A stretch of 46,823 nucleotides of DNA from Leidyana gryllorum EB-2025a (GCA_048772705.1 JBLWGC010000226.1:1-46823), one strand, 5' to 3'; shown: positions 20,492-31,569, counted from the stretch's first letter. The notes: generated from the letters alone by a model not told the origin. Translations and numbers: made by a program.

Positions 20492-20765
20492 CAGTCTGCA
20501 ACATGGAAGAGGTAGCCGACATGTGATTTTCGAGATGTTAGTTGCCCTGACTGCCCTACCGAAGCGGGCTAACGAGGTGGCTGTGTTGGTTCTGAGGGCA
20601 ACATGTCCGGTCAAGTCAAACGACGACCAATAGGGCTGTTCTGGAATCGAACCCAGGACTCCTTCCACTCTGAGGAAGGATCATACCAGCAGAGCAACAG
20701 CCGAATACTCGGGTGCATGCAACCGACTGCGGTCTTTTCCAGCTTTTTTTTGGGTCGATCGCCGT

Positions 20766-20849
20766 TGCACAGAATGGGATTCGAACCCATGCAGACTTGC
20801 GCCTACCAGAACTTGAGTCTGGCCCCTTAGACCACTCGGGCATCTGTGC
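20766..20849 (-). tRNA. trnL: tRNA-Leu(CAA)
   Basis: Identical to 7348-7431. Confidence 0.92.
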
Positions 20850-21125
20850 ATTACTTTCCTTCTGAGTTCCAAAGTGTTAATGGCTTCCGTTGCGACCACC
20901 GATGTCGTTCTGGCTGCGGTGTGCCGCCCCGAAGTACTCTCACGGCCCGGGGTGCTTAGATGGTAACGTATCTGACTGTAGTGGTGGCATCAGATATTCC
21001 ACGAGTAAATTCCGTCCCACCCGAAGTTGAGGAGTGGACTTCTTGCAACGCAGTTCGTCTGACGCTCCTGTTCCATCCCATCCTGATAGATGCTTCGCTA
21101 CCTCTACAGCCTCGCTCAAAGATTT

Positions 21126-21197
21126 GTCCGGGTCGTCTAGTGGTTAGGACAGCACGTTGTGGCCGTGCAAACCCAGGCTCGAATCCTGGCTCGGACA
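21126..21197 (+). tRNA. trnH: tRNA-His(GTG)
   Basis: 72 nt cloverleaf. Confidence 0.82.
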
Positions 21198-21461
21198 ACC
21201 AATCTAAAGTGCATTGCAGTTCCCCTCCAAACCTCTCAGATCCTTATCGAGACTGAGAGACCACTCAGAAAAGCTTAAGTGCGTTAGCAAAACCTTCTTC
21301 CGGAATCGAACCGGCGACGTTTCGCTTAAGAGCGAATGCTCTGCCACCAGCCAAGAAGGCAATGTTAACGGAAGTTACTGAAGCTCATTGTTCCACCTGT
21401 CGAACGGATCCAGGGCTCCACCCAACGGCAAATAGGGTGTAACTCAGTTTAGAGCTTCGTT

Positions 21462-21534
21462 GCCGCCCTAGCTCAGTCCGTAGAGCGCAAGACTTTCAAT
21501 CTTGCAGTCGCGGGTTCGAGCCCCGCGGGCGGTG
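21462..21534 (+). pseudogene. tRNA-Lys body with TTC (Glu) anticodon, G18>C
   Basis: CAAGA-CT-TTC-AA-TCTTG; D-loop AGTCCGTA. Confidence 0.72.
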
Positions 21535-21764
21535 TGGATCTATCTCCCTTACTAACCACTATACTATCTCGGACGCTCTGAACACGCCGGCCTCCAATCC
21601 CAGAAGTCTTTCTATTTTGGCTCACGGACAAAAAACGCGTGGAGCGATGAACCAACAACACTGTGGCAAGATAGCCGAGTTGTCTAAGGCGCTGTGCTCA
21701 GACCGCTGTCCGAAAGGGCGAGGATCTGGGGTTGAGCCTTTTGAACCCCGGAGCAGTTGGACGG

Positions 21765-21844
21765 CCGGGGGTAGCTCAGTTGGTAGAGCATCTGACTGTA
21801 GTGCTGGCATCAGATAGTTGGCGGTTCGATTCCGTCCCACCGGA
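21765..21844 (+). tRNA. trnY: tRNA-Tyr(GTA) with 7 nt intron
   Basis: Same as 1634-1713. Confidence 0.8.
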
Positions 21845-22271
21845 AGTAGAGTGGTGATTGGCAAAGTACTACTCAACCTGATGGTGTTGGCAGACAGCGT
21901 TGATAGGCCAACTAGAATACTCCGGCGAGGGTTCCATCTATCTAGTTCGGATGAGCTGAGAATCGATCCCAGAACCTTTCGTACACTAAGCACCGTTTCA
22001 TCATCTGGGCTTGCCTCCCTCTGTGCCTACCTCATGGCCTTGAGTGATACTTCACATAGTGAGACGAGTCTCTTGACTGTACCCAGCGGGTTGAACCACC
22101 GACTAGGCGGCTGTTTGATCTGGTGGTATGATCCTTCCTTAGGGTGGAAAGAGTCCTGGGTTCGATTCCCAGAACAGCCCGTCTGATAGTTGTTGACGCA
22201 ACACGGCACTCGGACAACTAAGACGGGATCTGAGTTGTTGACTCAACAGGCTGCAACCCGGCCATTCGTCC

Positions 22272-22344
22272 AGACGCTACTGGGACTCGAACCCAGTATC
22301 CCCGGTTCCGAAGACCGATGCCATATCCATTAGGCCATAGCGCC
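22272..22344 (-). tRNA. trnR: tRNA-Arg(TCG) on the ACG-type body
   Basis: Loop CT-TCG-GA. Confidence 0.78.
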
Positions 22345-22577
22345 GACTAACGGAGCCGTCAAATGGAAGTGTGTAGCGATCCAGAGAGGACATGGGCAGC
22401 TACGCCCGATCGTGGGTTTGGACAGGCTTCACCTACATCTCCCATTCGAGACATCGGTGGACATACTATCCAAGCCAGGATTCGGGCCTGGGTAGCACGG
22501 CCACAACTTGCTGAGGCTGGTGGGTACCAAAGCCACTTTAGTTGTCAGGCTATCGGGTTTTGTGTCGTTGCTTTCTT

Positions 22578-22650
22578 GCCGCCCTGGCTCAGTCGGTAGA
22601 GCGCAAGACTCTTAATCTTGCAGTCGCGGGTTCAAGCCCCGCGGGCGGTG
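22578..22650 (+). tRNA. trnK: tRNA-Lys(CTT)
   Basis: Complete, two tolerated substitutions. Confidence 0.85.
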
Positions 22651-22684
22651 TGGATCTGTTGCCTGCAAGCACACTCAGCTGGAT

Positions 22685-22757
22685 TTCCACTGCCGGGACT
22701 TGAACCCGGATCGTGCGGGTGAAAGCCGCATATCCTAGCCACTTAGACTACAGTGGA
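22685..22757 (-). tRNA. trnE: tRNA-Glu(TTC)
   Basis: Complete cloverleaf. Confidence 0.92.
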
Positions 22758-22989
22758 CAAGTGGTCGAGTTTAGGCTTCGGCCGAGAGCCGAACCGTCTC
22801 GGAAAGATTCCACCATCAATACGACTGGAATTTGTTACCAAGTCCGAGCTTTCTTGCCGCCCCAACTCCGTCGGTAGAGCGCAAGACTTTTGAAGGGAGA
22901 ACCGCGGGTTCGGGCGGCGCGAGCAGTCCTAGTAAAGCTTGCTGAACCGTATGTGAAGCCACTGGCCGCAAAATGCCAAGTTCGACAAC

Positions 22990-23071
22990 GGCAACTTGCC
23001 CGAGTGGTTAAGGGGGTCGACTCGAAATCTACTGGGCCGGGCCCGCGCTGGTTCAAATCCAGCAGTTGTCG
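22990..23071 (+). tRNA. trnS: tRNA-Ser(CGA), one anticodon-stem mismatch
   Basis: GTCGA-CT-CGA-AA-TCTAC. Confidence 0.75.
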
Positions 23072-23308
23072 TGCGATGTGATCGGGCATCAACTCCCTTC
23101 GGTCGTGACTCTGTTTTCATATACCGCGGGTGCAGCCGTTAGAGGCTTGGACGACCTGGGCATCGATCCCAGTATCTCTCGCATGTTAAGCGAGTGCTAT
23201 GTCATTTCAGCTAGTGGCCCGCTTTGCAGACACCATAGCATTTAGTGGTTCTTGACATATTATGACCAGTGTCCCGACTCTACCAGCAATTTGCACCACC
23301 GACAAGTC

Positions 23309-23380
23309 GGCTGTTTGGTCTAGTGGTATGATTCTTCCTTTGGGTGGAAGAAGTCCTGGGTTCGATTCCCAGAACAGCCC
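23309..23380 (+). tRNA. trnP: tRNA-Pro(TGG)
   Basis: Complete, loop TT-TGG-GT. Confidence 0.92.
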
Positions 23381-23569
23381 GTCTGTCAGTTGTTGACTTA
23401 ATACGCCACGTCTCTTCAAGGTTGTCTAAGATATGCTGCTGCGACAGCTAAGACAAGATTTGAGTTGTATATGCATGGACTCTTCGCCAGATTCATTCCA
23501 ATTGGCCCATCAACGATGTCTGCCAAAACCCATCAGGTTGAGTAGCAGTCTGCCAACCACCACTCTACT

Positions 23570-23649
23570 TCCGGTGGGACGGAATCGAACCGCCGACTAC
23601 CTGATGCCAGCACCACAGTCAGATGCTCTACCAACTGAGCTACCCCCGG
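23570..23649 (-). tRNA. tRNA-Tyr body (7 nt intron) with GTG (His) anticodon
   Basis: TCTGA-CT-GTG-G[TGCTGGC]A-TCAGG. Confidence 0.72.
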
Positions 23650-23992
23650 CCGTCCAACTGCTGCGAGGTTCGAAGGCTCAACCTCAGACCCTCAACAGTG
23701 GCCCTCTCAAGCTCAGAAGTACGGCACGGATTTCGGGGTGCTCGAAGGTGCCAGACTCGAGTTCCGGTAAGATTGCACGACCTGCGGTGTACCGCCCCGA
23801 AGTACTCTAACGGCCCGAGTTGCTTAGATGGCAACGCATCTGATGGTAGTGGTGGCATCAGATATTCGACGAGCAAATTCCGTCCCACCGGGAGTTGAGG
23901 AGTGGACTTCTTACAACGTAGTTTGTCTGACGCTCCTGTTCCATTCCATCCTGATCGATGCTTCGCTACCTCTACAGTCTCGCTCAAAGATT

Positions 23993-24064
23993 GTCCGAGT
24001 CGTTTAGTGGTTAGGACAGCACGTTGTAGCCGTGCAAACCCAGGCTCGATTCCTGGCTCGGACA
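23993..24064 (+). tRNA. tRNA-His body with GTA (Tyr) anticodon
   Basis: GCACG-TT-GTA-GC-CGTGC. Confidence 0.72.
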
Positions 24065-24143
24065 AGCAGTCTAAAGTGCATTGCTCTTCGCCCCCGAATG
24101 TTGGAAATATCGTTGCAGCCATGGTCAAGTCTGTACGATCGGC

Positions 24144-24214
24144 TGCACCTGCCGGGACTCGAACCCGGGCTGCGAGCATGGGAAGCTCGCATCCTACCCT
24201 TGGACCACAAGTGC
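24144..24214 (-). tRNA. trnG: tRNA-Gly(CCC)
   Basis: CGAGC-TT-CCC-AT-GCTCG, complete. Confidence 0.9.
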
Positions 24215-24705
24215 ACTCGAGAAAGAGCTCCAGCACCCCGAGACTCGGCCGCAGTCTGCGTTGAGCTAGTGGGTGCCTCAAGTACTGGCAGGTTCCAGTC
24301 TGCGACTCTGTGGCTAAGACTTACCCTCTGGTGGCTGAACTACCAGGCTCGGCTAAGATGATTGGAGCTTGAGAGACTTAAGCTTTGCAGGTGCCCAGTC
24401 GATGCAGTCAAGCCTTCTGCCGGAATCGAACCGGCGACTTCTCGATTACGAAGCAAACGCTCTGCCCCTAAGCTAAGAAGGCAATGCAAGCCGAAGATCA
24501 CGAATCAGACACTATTGACGGAGATTGCTGGGCACTTTGCTCAAGTATTCAACTGACTTCAACCACTGACTTCCACTGCCGGACTTGAGCGCGGAGCTTG
24601 CGGGTGAGGCCGCATATCCTAGCCACTCAGACTACAGTGGGCAACATTCCACAGCGAAGGCAGCTAGTCAGCCAAATCATCGAAGTAAAGTGCTGAGCAT
24701 TTGGC

Positions 24706-24778
24706 TACCTACGGCGAGACTCGAACTCGCAACCTTTGGATTAGAAGTCCAATGCGCTATCCATTGCGCCACGTAGGC
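24706..24778 (-). tRNA. trnR: tRNA-Arg(TCT)
   Basis: Near-identical to 14140-14212. Confidence 0.88.
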
Positions 24779-25298
24779 GGCAGCTTTTCGACTAGATTGA
24801 AATACCAACATTCACGTTTTTGGACCACGCGCCAGCCGTTTCTCTGCAGCCAAAGTTGCATGGCGTTTGGATGACCTGGCTATCGATCCCAGTACCTCTC
24901 GCATGCAAAGCGAGCGCTGCACCATCTGAGCTAGCCGCCCATCCGTACAACATGGAAGACCTATCGCATCAAGTGGCTGACCGAGTGCCGATACCATGGC
25001 TGACAAGAGTTGGATTTGAACCCACGCCCTTTCGGACTGCGGCCTGAACACAGCGCCTTAGACCACTCGGCCATCTTGCCGCAGTCTTGTTGGTTCGTCG
25101 CTCCACGCGTTTTTTGTCCGTGAGCCGAAATAGAAAGACTTCTGGGATTGGAGGCCGGTGTGTTCGGAGCGTCCGAGATAGTATAGTGGTTAGTGTCTCC
25201 GCCTGTCACGCGGAAGACCCGGGTTCGATTCCCGGTCTCGAAACGCAGGTGGTTTCGCTTGAGATTCTCTGCTTCGGTTCTTGCTGAACGTTGCGAGC

Positions 25299-25370
25299 TA
25301 CAGCCACCGAGGATCGAACTCGGGACTTCTGCATGCGAAGCAGACGTCGTAACCACTAGACCATTGCTGC
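25299..25370 (-). pseudogene. tRNA-Val body carrying an Ala(CGC)-type anticodon loop
   Basis: TCTGC-TT-CGC-AT-GCAGA; acceptor mismatch and 1 nt deletion. Confidence 0.72.
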
Positions 25371-25697
25371 ACAGATGGCCCCCGCAGCCCAAGACATGGC
25401 GAAGTTCCAGGGAGTAGTGAGGACCAGTTCCAAGGTCGCGCCGCGAATCGAACCCAGGTCGGGAGATTCAGAGTCTCCCGTGCTAACCACTACACGACGC
25501 AACCGGCTCAGCCCATCCCAGAAGAGTCTGATTTATCCGTACTAGCGCTTCCTCAACTGGACACACGCAACACGGGTCTCTCTACTGACCTCTGAAATAT
25601 TTTAAGTGGCTCCTGTATATAGCGCCCAGCGTAGGCGTTGGATTTGGGTCGGACAGAAAGCTCACTTAAATCCCTGAAGCAGTTGCGCAAATGCAAC

Positions 25698-25779
25698 CGA
25701 CAAGGGTGAGATTCGAACTCACGCGGGTGAAACCCAACGGCTTAGCAGGCCGCCGCCTTAACCACTCGGCCACCTTGCC
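25698..25779 (-). tRNA. trnS: tRNA-Ser(GCT)
   Basis: GCGGC-CT-GCT-AA-GCCGT, long variable arm. Confidence 0.9.
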
Positions 25780-26285
25780 GAGAGTGGAACGGGCTACACA
25801 TTCCATCGGGAATCCCGTGCGAAATTGGTAGTGCCCCTTCTCGATGTCAGTATTTGCCTTTGGAATGACTGCTTGGCGGGGTGGACGAAGGTCAGAGTGG
25901 CCGGTTCAGTACCAATCATAAGGCTTTGCTGAACACATCAGTCGGCTCCTTCGGCTAGTGACTGTTCACCTCAACTCTGAAGCGGTCGCATATTCCCGTC
26001 GCTTAGAGCGTGAGCCTGATAAATTCTGAGTCCGCGACTGGAGCCCGGGCGTGACCAAGTGAGTGGATCTCTGATACAGATTCGCCCTGTACCCGAGGAA
26101 GGTCCAAGATTCCACGATCAATACGAATGGAATTTGTTACTAAGTCCGAGCTTCGTTGCCACCCCAAGTCCGTCGGTAGAGCGCAAGACTTGTGAGGGGA
26201 GACCGCGGGTTCGGGCAGCGCGAGAACTCAAGCTTGCTGAACCGTATGTGAAACCATTGGCCGCAAAATGCCGAGTTCGACAGGT

Positions 26286-26367
26286 GGCAACTTGCCCGAG
26301 TGGTTAAGGCGGTAGACTAGAAATCTACTGGGCCTGGCCCGCGCTGGTTTAAATCCAGCAGTTGTCG
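26286..26367 (+). tRNA. trnS: tRNA-Ser(AGA), T-loop C56>T
   Basis: Ser body, T-loop TTTAAAT. Confidence 0.65.
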
Positions 26368-26431
26368 TGCGATGTGGTGGAAATAATGCAATTCCCAGCA
26401 TCAAAAACTCATATAGGTCGAGAAAGGGAAT

Positions 26432-26503
26432 TCCTCCTTAGCTTAGGGGCAGAGCATTCGCTTTGTAAGCGAAAGGTCGCTGGTTCGATTCCGACAGGAG
26501 GCT
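26432..26503 (+). tRNA. trnT: tRNA-Thr(TGT), imperfect
   Basis: TTCGC-TT-TGT-AA-GCGAA; G1>T and T-stem mismatch. Confidence 0.68.
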
Positions 26504-26663
26504 TCAGTCATCAGCCTAAACATGGTTGCGATCATCCGCCCGCAGTTTCGGACGGCGGCTTGCACACAGCACTCGGCCATCTTGCCGAAGTGTTACCCGT
26601 TTCCTGTCCGTGAAATCTCAAAATGCGAGGAGTTCTGGGGTTGGAAGCCGGCGTGTTTACTAG

Positions 26664-27170
26664 CGTCCGAGATAGTATAGTGATTAGTTTTTCCGCCAGT
26701 CACGCGGAAGACCCGGGTTCGATTCCCGGTCTCGGAGCAGTTCCAGCCCCTCACAACTGCTGCAACTCAGATTTTGTCTCAGCTGGTCTGGACTTCATCC
26801 GGGATTGTACGAGTGGGAGCCGCGTATAGAAGCCGACCTTGGAGAGACGTGGCATTGAGTCAACAACTATCAGACGGGCTGTTCTGGGAATCGAACCCAG
26901 GACTTCTTCCACCCAAAGGAAGAATATATAACTGGACCAAACAGAGCGCTGTGGGTGCGTCAGGTACTGGCAGGTTCCAAACCTGCGACTTCGTGGCTAA
27001 GAGACTTACACTCTGATGGCTGAGCTACGAGGCTCAGCTACGATGATTGGAGTTGCGATAAGCTTGCAGGTGCCCATTCGATGCAGTCGAGCCTTCTGCC
27101 GGAATCGAACCGGCGACCTTTCGCTTACTAAGCGAATGCTCTGCCCCTAAGCTAAGAAGGCAATGCAAGC
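26664..27170 (+). repeat. Direct repeat, partner ~29094-29592
   Basis: Paired ORFs 26774/29204 (offset 2430). Confidence 0.9.
27090..27161 (-). tRNA. trnT: tRNA-Thr(AGT)
   Basis: Complete cloverleaf. Confidence 0.92.
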
Positions 27171-27638
27171 CGGGAGTCACGCATCAGTCCCTATTGACAC
27201 AAGTTATCAGAGCACTTTGATCGAGTACTCTAATGACCTCCACTGCCCGGACTTGAACCCGGATCGTGCGGGTGAAAGCCGCATACCCTAGCCACCTAGA
27301 CTACAGTGGACGAGTCACAACAGTTGCACTGACGAATGAGGCGCCAGAGAACTGTGAGTCGATCTCAGGTGGGAAGTCCACCTAGGTTTGGCGGGTGGGC
27401 GGCTATCTCAAGTGGTAGAGCGATGACTTTGCACGCGAGAGGTCAGTTTAGACACCTATCAATGCCGCAGGACAGGCTGAACATGGGGGTATTTGGTCAC
27501 TCCTCGCCGATAGAGGTGCTTTAGGAAGTGAGCACCCCCGGCCGTACGACTTCTTCGGGGCTGGAGGCCGATACACCGCACCCAGACGACAGTCGCAACG
27601 GAAGCCGTTTGCACGCTGAAACTCAGAAGGGAAGTAAC

Positions 27639-27722
27639 GCACAGATGCCCGAGTGGTCTAAGGGGCCAGACTCAAGTTCTGGTAGGCGCAAGTCTGCATG
27701 GGTTCGAATCCCATTCTGTGCA
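27639..27722 (+). tRNA. trnL: tRNA-Leu(CAA)
   Basis: Complete, 84 nt. Confidence 0.92.
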
Positions 27723-28135
27723 ACGGCGATCATTACCAAAAATAGGCTGGAAAAGGCCACAGTAGATTCGAGTCTCCATCCGTATATCCGGTTGCATGCA
27801 CCCAAGTATTTGGCTGTTGTTCTGGATCCTTCCTTGGGGTGGAAGGAGTCCTGGGTTCAATTCCCAGAACAGCCCTCTTGGTCGTTGGTTGACCCGAGGG
27901 GACAAGTTGCCCTCAGAACCAACACAGCATTTCATTAGCCCACTTCGGTAGGGCAGTCAGGGCAACTAACATCTCGAGAATTGCATTTCGGCTATTTCTT
28001 CCATGTTGCAGACTGAGCAGTGTAGCTCAGTAAAAAGTGTTGAGCTCATAATCCAAAGGTCCGTCGATCGAAACCACACACTGCTAAGTGTGCGCAGAAG
28101 GGGAACCGTTATAGAATAGATTGCCTCGCGAGCAA

Positions 28136-28207
28136 AGCCTTCTGCCGGAATCGAACCGGCGACCTTTCGCTTACTAAGCGAATGCTCTGCCCCTAAGCTA
28201 AGAAGGC
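28136..28207 (-). tRNA. trnT: tRNA-Thr(AGT)
   Basis: Complete cloverleaf. Confidence 0.92.
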
Positions 28208-28283
28208 AATGCAAGCCGAAGATCACGAGTCAGTCACTATTGACGGAGACTACTGGAGCACTTTGCTCGAATGATCCAATGAC

Positions 28284-28356
28284 TTCCACTGTCAGGACTT
28301 GAACCCGGATCGTGCGGGTGAAAGCCGCATATCCTAGCCACTTAGACTACAGTGGA
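28284..28356 (-). tRNA. trnE: tRNA-Glu(TTC), T-stem changes
   Basis: Glu body, loop CT-TTC-AC. Confidence 0.72.
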
Positions 28357-28495
28357 CAACTCCCTTAGCTGCAGCTTTAGCCAAGAGCTGTACCCTCTTG
28401 ACAAGACGTGATTGCAGAATCCTGCGGTAGAAAAAGGAGGATCGGAGGGTCCAGCACCAACTCACGCATAAAACTCAACCATGTGCTATGTCCTC

Positions 28496-28566
28496 CGCAT
28501 CTGCCGGGAATCGAACCCGGGTCGTCTCGATGGCAACGAGACATTCTACCACTAGACCACAGATGC
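28496..28566 (-). tRNA. trnG: tRNA-Gly(GCC), altered discriminator
   Basis: Intact stems; N73=G. Confidence 0.8.
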
Positions 28567-28661
28567 GTAACACCTTGTTGTTAGAGCTCGTAAACAATAA
28601 CGGCCGTTTTGCTGCGAATGAGAAGACAAATCGAGTTGAGCGAGTATGACGGGTAGTTTGT

Positions 28662-28733
28662 GGGTACGTAGCTCAGTGGTAGAGCAGCTGACTGCAGATC
28701 AGCAAGTCCGTGGTTCAACTCCGCGCGTGCCCT
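28662..28733 (+). tRNA. trnC: tRNA-Cys(GCA)
   Basis: Identical to 3374-3445. Confidence 0.9.
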
Positions 28734-28814
28734 GAAGATGGTTTGGAACGATCGGAGATGTTGGACCTCCATTCCTGACCACAAGGCAATTAGTTTGGAA
28801 CGGGAGATGGTTTT

Positions 28815-28886
28815 GGGCCTATGGCGCAATGGTAGCGCGTCTGACTCCAGATCAGAAGGTTGGGTGTTCGAATCACTCTGGGCTCA
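28815..28886 (+). tRNA. trnW: tRNA-Trp(CCA), only intact copy in window
   Basis: TCTGA-CT-CCA-GA-TCAGA; a T5 run follows ~13 nt downstream. Confidence 0.9.
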
Positions 28887-29511
28887 ACCGGACTCTATGT
28901 TTTTCCCGTTTGGGGCGCAACCTGACAAAAGTGGGATTCGAACCCACGACCTTTCGGACTCCGGTCTGAGCACAGCGCCTCAGACCACTTGGTCATCTTG
29001 CCGGGATGTTGTTGGCTCGCCGCTCCACGCGTTTTCTATCCCTGGAATCTCAAGATGGAAAGACTTTTGGGGTTTCAGGCCGGTGTGTTGGAGCGTCCGA
29101 TATAGTATAGTGATTAGTTTTTCCGCCAGTCACGCGGAAGACCCGGGTTCGATTCCCGGTCTCGGAGCAGTTCCAGCCCCTCACAACTGCTGCAACTCAG
29201 ATTTTGTCTCAGCTGGTCTGGACTTCATCCGGGATTGTACGAGTGGGAGCCGCGTATAGAAGCCGACCTTGGAGAGACGTGGCATTGAGTCAACAACTAT
29301 CAGACGGGCTGTTCTGGGAATCGAACCCAGGACTTCTTCCACCCAAAGGAAGAATATATAACTGGACCAAACAGAGCGCTGTGGGTGCGTCAGGTACTGG
29401 CAGGTTCCAAACCTGCGACTTCGTGGCTAACAGACTTACACTCTGATGGCTGAGCTACGAGGCTCAGTTAGGAGTTGCGATAAGCTTGCAGGTGCCCATT
29501 CGATGCAGTCG

Positions 29512-29583
29512 AGCCTTCTGCCGGAATCGAACCGGCGACCTTTCGCTTACTAAGCGAATGCTCTGCCCCTAAGCTAAGAAGGC
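29512..29583 (-). tRNA. trnT: tRNA-Thr(AGT)
   Basis: Complete cloverleaf. Confidence 0.92.
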
Positions 29584-29659
29584 AATGCAAGCCAATGATC
29601 ACGAGTCAGTCACTATTGACGAAGGTTACTGGAGCACTTTGCTCGAATGGTCCAATGAC

Positions 29660-29732
29660 TTCCACTGCCGGGACTTGAACCCGAATCGTGCGGGTGAAAG
29701 CCGCATATCCTAGCCACTTAGACTACAGTGGA
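29660..29732 (-). tRNA. trnE: tRNA-Glu(TTC)
   Basis: 73 nt, one G.U change in T-stem. Confidence 0.85.
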
Positions 29733-29846
29733 CGAGTGGTTGAGTTGGGGCTTCGGCCGAGAGCCGTACCGTCTTGGAAAACATGGTATGTCGGCGTGAT
29801 CATAACCAATTCCATTTGTATTGATCGTGGAATCTTGGGCCTTCCT

Positions 29847-29894
29847 CGGGTACGGGGGGAGCTTCCTTGCCGGGTACGGGGCGAGCTTCCTTGC
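29847..29894 (+). repeat. 24 bp tandem duplication abutting the 5' end of tRNA-Lys
   Basis: CGGGTACGGGG(G/C)GAGCTTCCTTGC x2. Confidence 0.85.
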
Positions 29895-30210
29895 CGCCCT
29901 AGCTCAGTCGGTAGAGCGCAAGATTCTTAATGTTGCAGTCGCGGGTTCGAGCCCCGCGGGCGGTGTGGATCTATCTCCCTAAAAGTAAGAATGGAACTGT
30001 TGCCCACAAGCACACTCAGCTGGGTTCACTGCCGAGACTTGAACCCGGATCGTGCGGGTGAGAGCCGCCCTTAGCCACTTAGACTACAGTGGACAAGTGC
30101 CCGAGTTGAGGCTTTAGCCGAGAGCCGTACCCTCTTGACAAGACGTGGTTGCAGAATCCTGTTGTAGAAAAAGGAGGATCTCTATACTAACCTCTGAACC
30201 ATTGTAGCTG

Positions 30211-30283
30211 GGTCTTGTAGCTCAGTCGGCAGAGCGTGTGGCTGTTAACCACAAAGTCGCAGGTTCGAAACCTGCCAGGACCG
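30211..30283 (+). tRNA. trnN: tRNA-Asn(GTT)
   Basis: TGTGG-CT-GTT-AA-CCACA, complete. Confidence 0.92.
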
Positions 30284-30398
30284 GTTTCAGAGGCACACTA
30301 AACACTGAGTGCGCTGGTGTGCCAATGGCACTTGTGGTCTGCGACCCTTCAAAGATGGAAGTTTGTTTGGATCCCGCCACGTGCAGCTGTACGTACTT

Positions 30399-30471
30399 TG
30401 GACGACCTGGGTATCGATCCCAGTAGCTCTCGCATGCGAAGCGAGCGCTCTACCATTTGAGCTAGTCGCCC
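30399..30471 (-). tRNA. trnA: tRNA-Ala(CGC), recombinant of AGC-type 5' half and CGC-type 3' half
   Basis: GGGCGAC/CTCAAATGG (AGC type) with TT-CGC-AT and GATACCC (CGC type). Confidence 0.8.
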
Positions 30472-30707
30472 GTGGTGCAGACCCCATCGCATTTGTTGGT
30501 TCTCAACATAGGATGACCACTTTTTAAACTGTCTTCAGCGGGTTGCACGAACGACAGGCGGCTGTTTGGTGTAGTGGTATGATACCTCCGTCGGGTGGAA
30601 GAAGTCCTAGGTTCCATTCCCAGAACAGCCCGCTTTGTTGTATCTTGACCCAACCTGCCTGGCAGCATGGTTCTGGGTTCAGGTGATTCCTCGGAGAAAG
30701 TCGGAGG

Positions 30708-30780
30708 GGGAGTGTAGCGCAGTCGGTAGCGCGTAGGTCTCATAATCCTGAAGTCGAGAGTTCGATCCTCTCCACTCCCA
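30708..30780 (+). tRNA. trnM: tRNA-Met(CAT) elongator
   Basis: GGGAGTG...TAGGT-CT-CAT-AA-TCCTG...CACTCCCA; U31.U39 as in eukaryotic elongator Met. Confidence 0.92.
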
Positions 30781-31106
30781 CGGTCAGAATCGAAACCGCC
30801 GACAAACTCATCATGCTACCATTTTGCAGTCGGGAATCGCACACAGGTTATCTCGATGGCAGCGAGCGACTCTTCCACTAGACCACAGATGCAGAACACG
30901 ATCTTGTGAATCTTGTACGTGGCGACAGCCATTCCTCTTAAGCCTATCGATGCAACAAAGCCTTCTGCCGGAATCGAACCGGCGACTTCTCGCTTACGGA
31001 GCGAACGCTCTGCCCCTAAACTAAGAAGCCAATGGAAGCCGGAGATGACGAAACAATCGCTATTGACGGAGATTAGTGGAGCACTTTGCTAGAGTAGTTC
31101 AATGAC

Positions 31107-31179
31107 TTCCACTGCCGGGACTTGAACCCGGATCGTGCGGGTGAAAGCCGCATATCCTAGCCACTTAGACTACAGTGGA
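31107..31179 (-). tRNA. trnE: tRNA-Glu(TTC)
   Basis: Complete cloverleaf. Confidence 0.92.
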
Positions 31180-31260
31180 CGAGTGGTTGAGTTGGGGCTT
31201 CGGCCGAGAGCCGTACCCTCTTGATCTGAGGTGGAGCGTCGGGTCAACCGACAACCAACG

Positions 31261-31332
31261 GGGCTGTTCTGGGAATCGAACCCAGGACTTCTTCCACCCG
31301 AAGGAAGAATCATACCACTAGACCAAACAGCC
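31261..31332 (-). tRNA. trnP: tRNA-Pro(CGG)
   Basis: Complete cloverleaf. Confidence 0.92.
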
Positions 31333-31420
31333 GACTGGTCGGTGGTGCAAATTGCTGGTAGAGTCGGGACACTGGTCATAATATGTCAAGAACCACTAAA
31401 TGCTATGGTGTCTGCAAAGC

Positions 31421-31493
31421 GGGCGACTAGCTCAAATAACATAGCACTCGCTTAACATGCGAGAGATACTGGGATCGATGCCCAGGTCGTCCA
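31421..31493 (+). pseudogene. tRNA-Ala body with AAC (Val) anticodon, D-arm destroyed (second copy 23148-23220, minus strand)
   Basis: CTCGC-TT-AAC-AT-GCGAG; D-loop AAATAACAT lacks GG. Confidence 0.72.
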
Positions 31494-31569
31494 AGCCTCT
31501 AACGGCTGCACCCGTGGTATATGAAAACAGAGTCACGACCGAAGGGAGTTGATGCCCGATCACATCGCA

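Larger units (their letters stand above)
30600..31332 (+). repeat. Direct repeat (Pro-Met-Gly relic-Thr-Glu-Pro), partner ~44935-45667
   Basis: Paired ORFs 31231/45566 (offset 14335). Confidence 0.85.

Noticed and set aside
21612-21628. TATTTTGGCTCACGG resembling the dinoflagellate spliced leader end (CCATTTTGGCTCAAG)
   Set aside because: Only a ~11 nt match, and paralogous spacers read TATTTCGGCTCACGG; no SL RNA, 5S rRNA or snRNA was recognised by eye.
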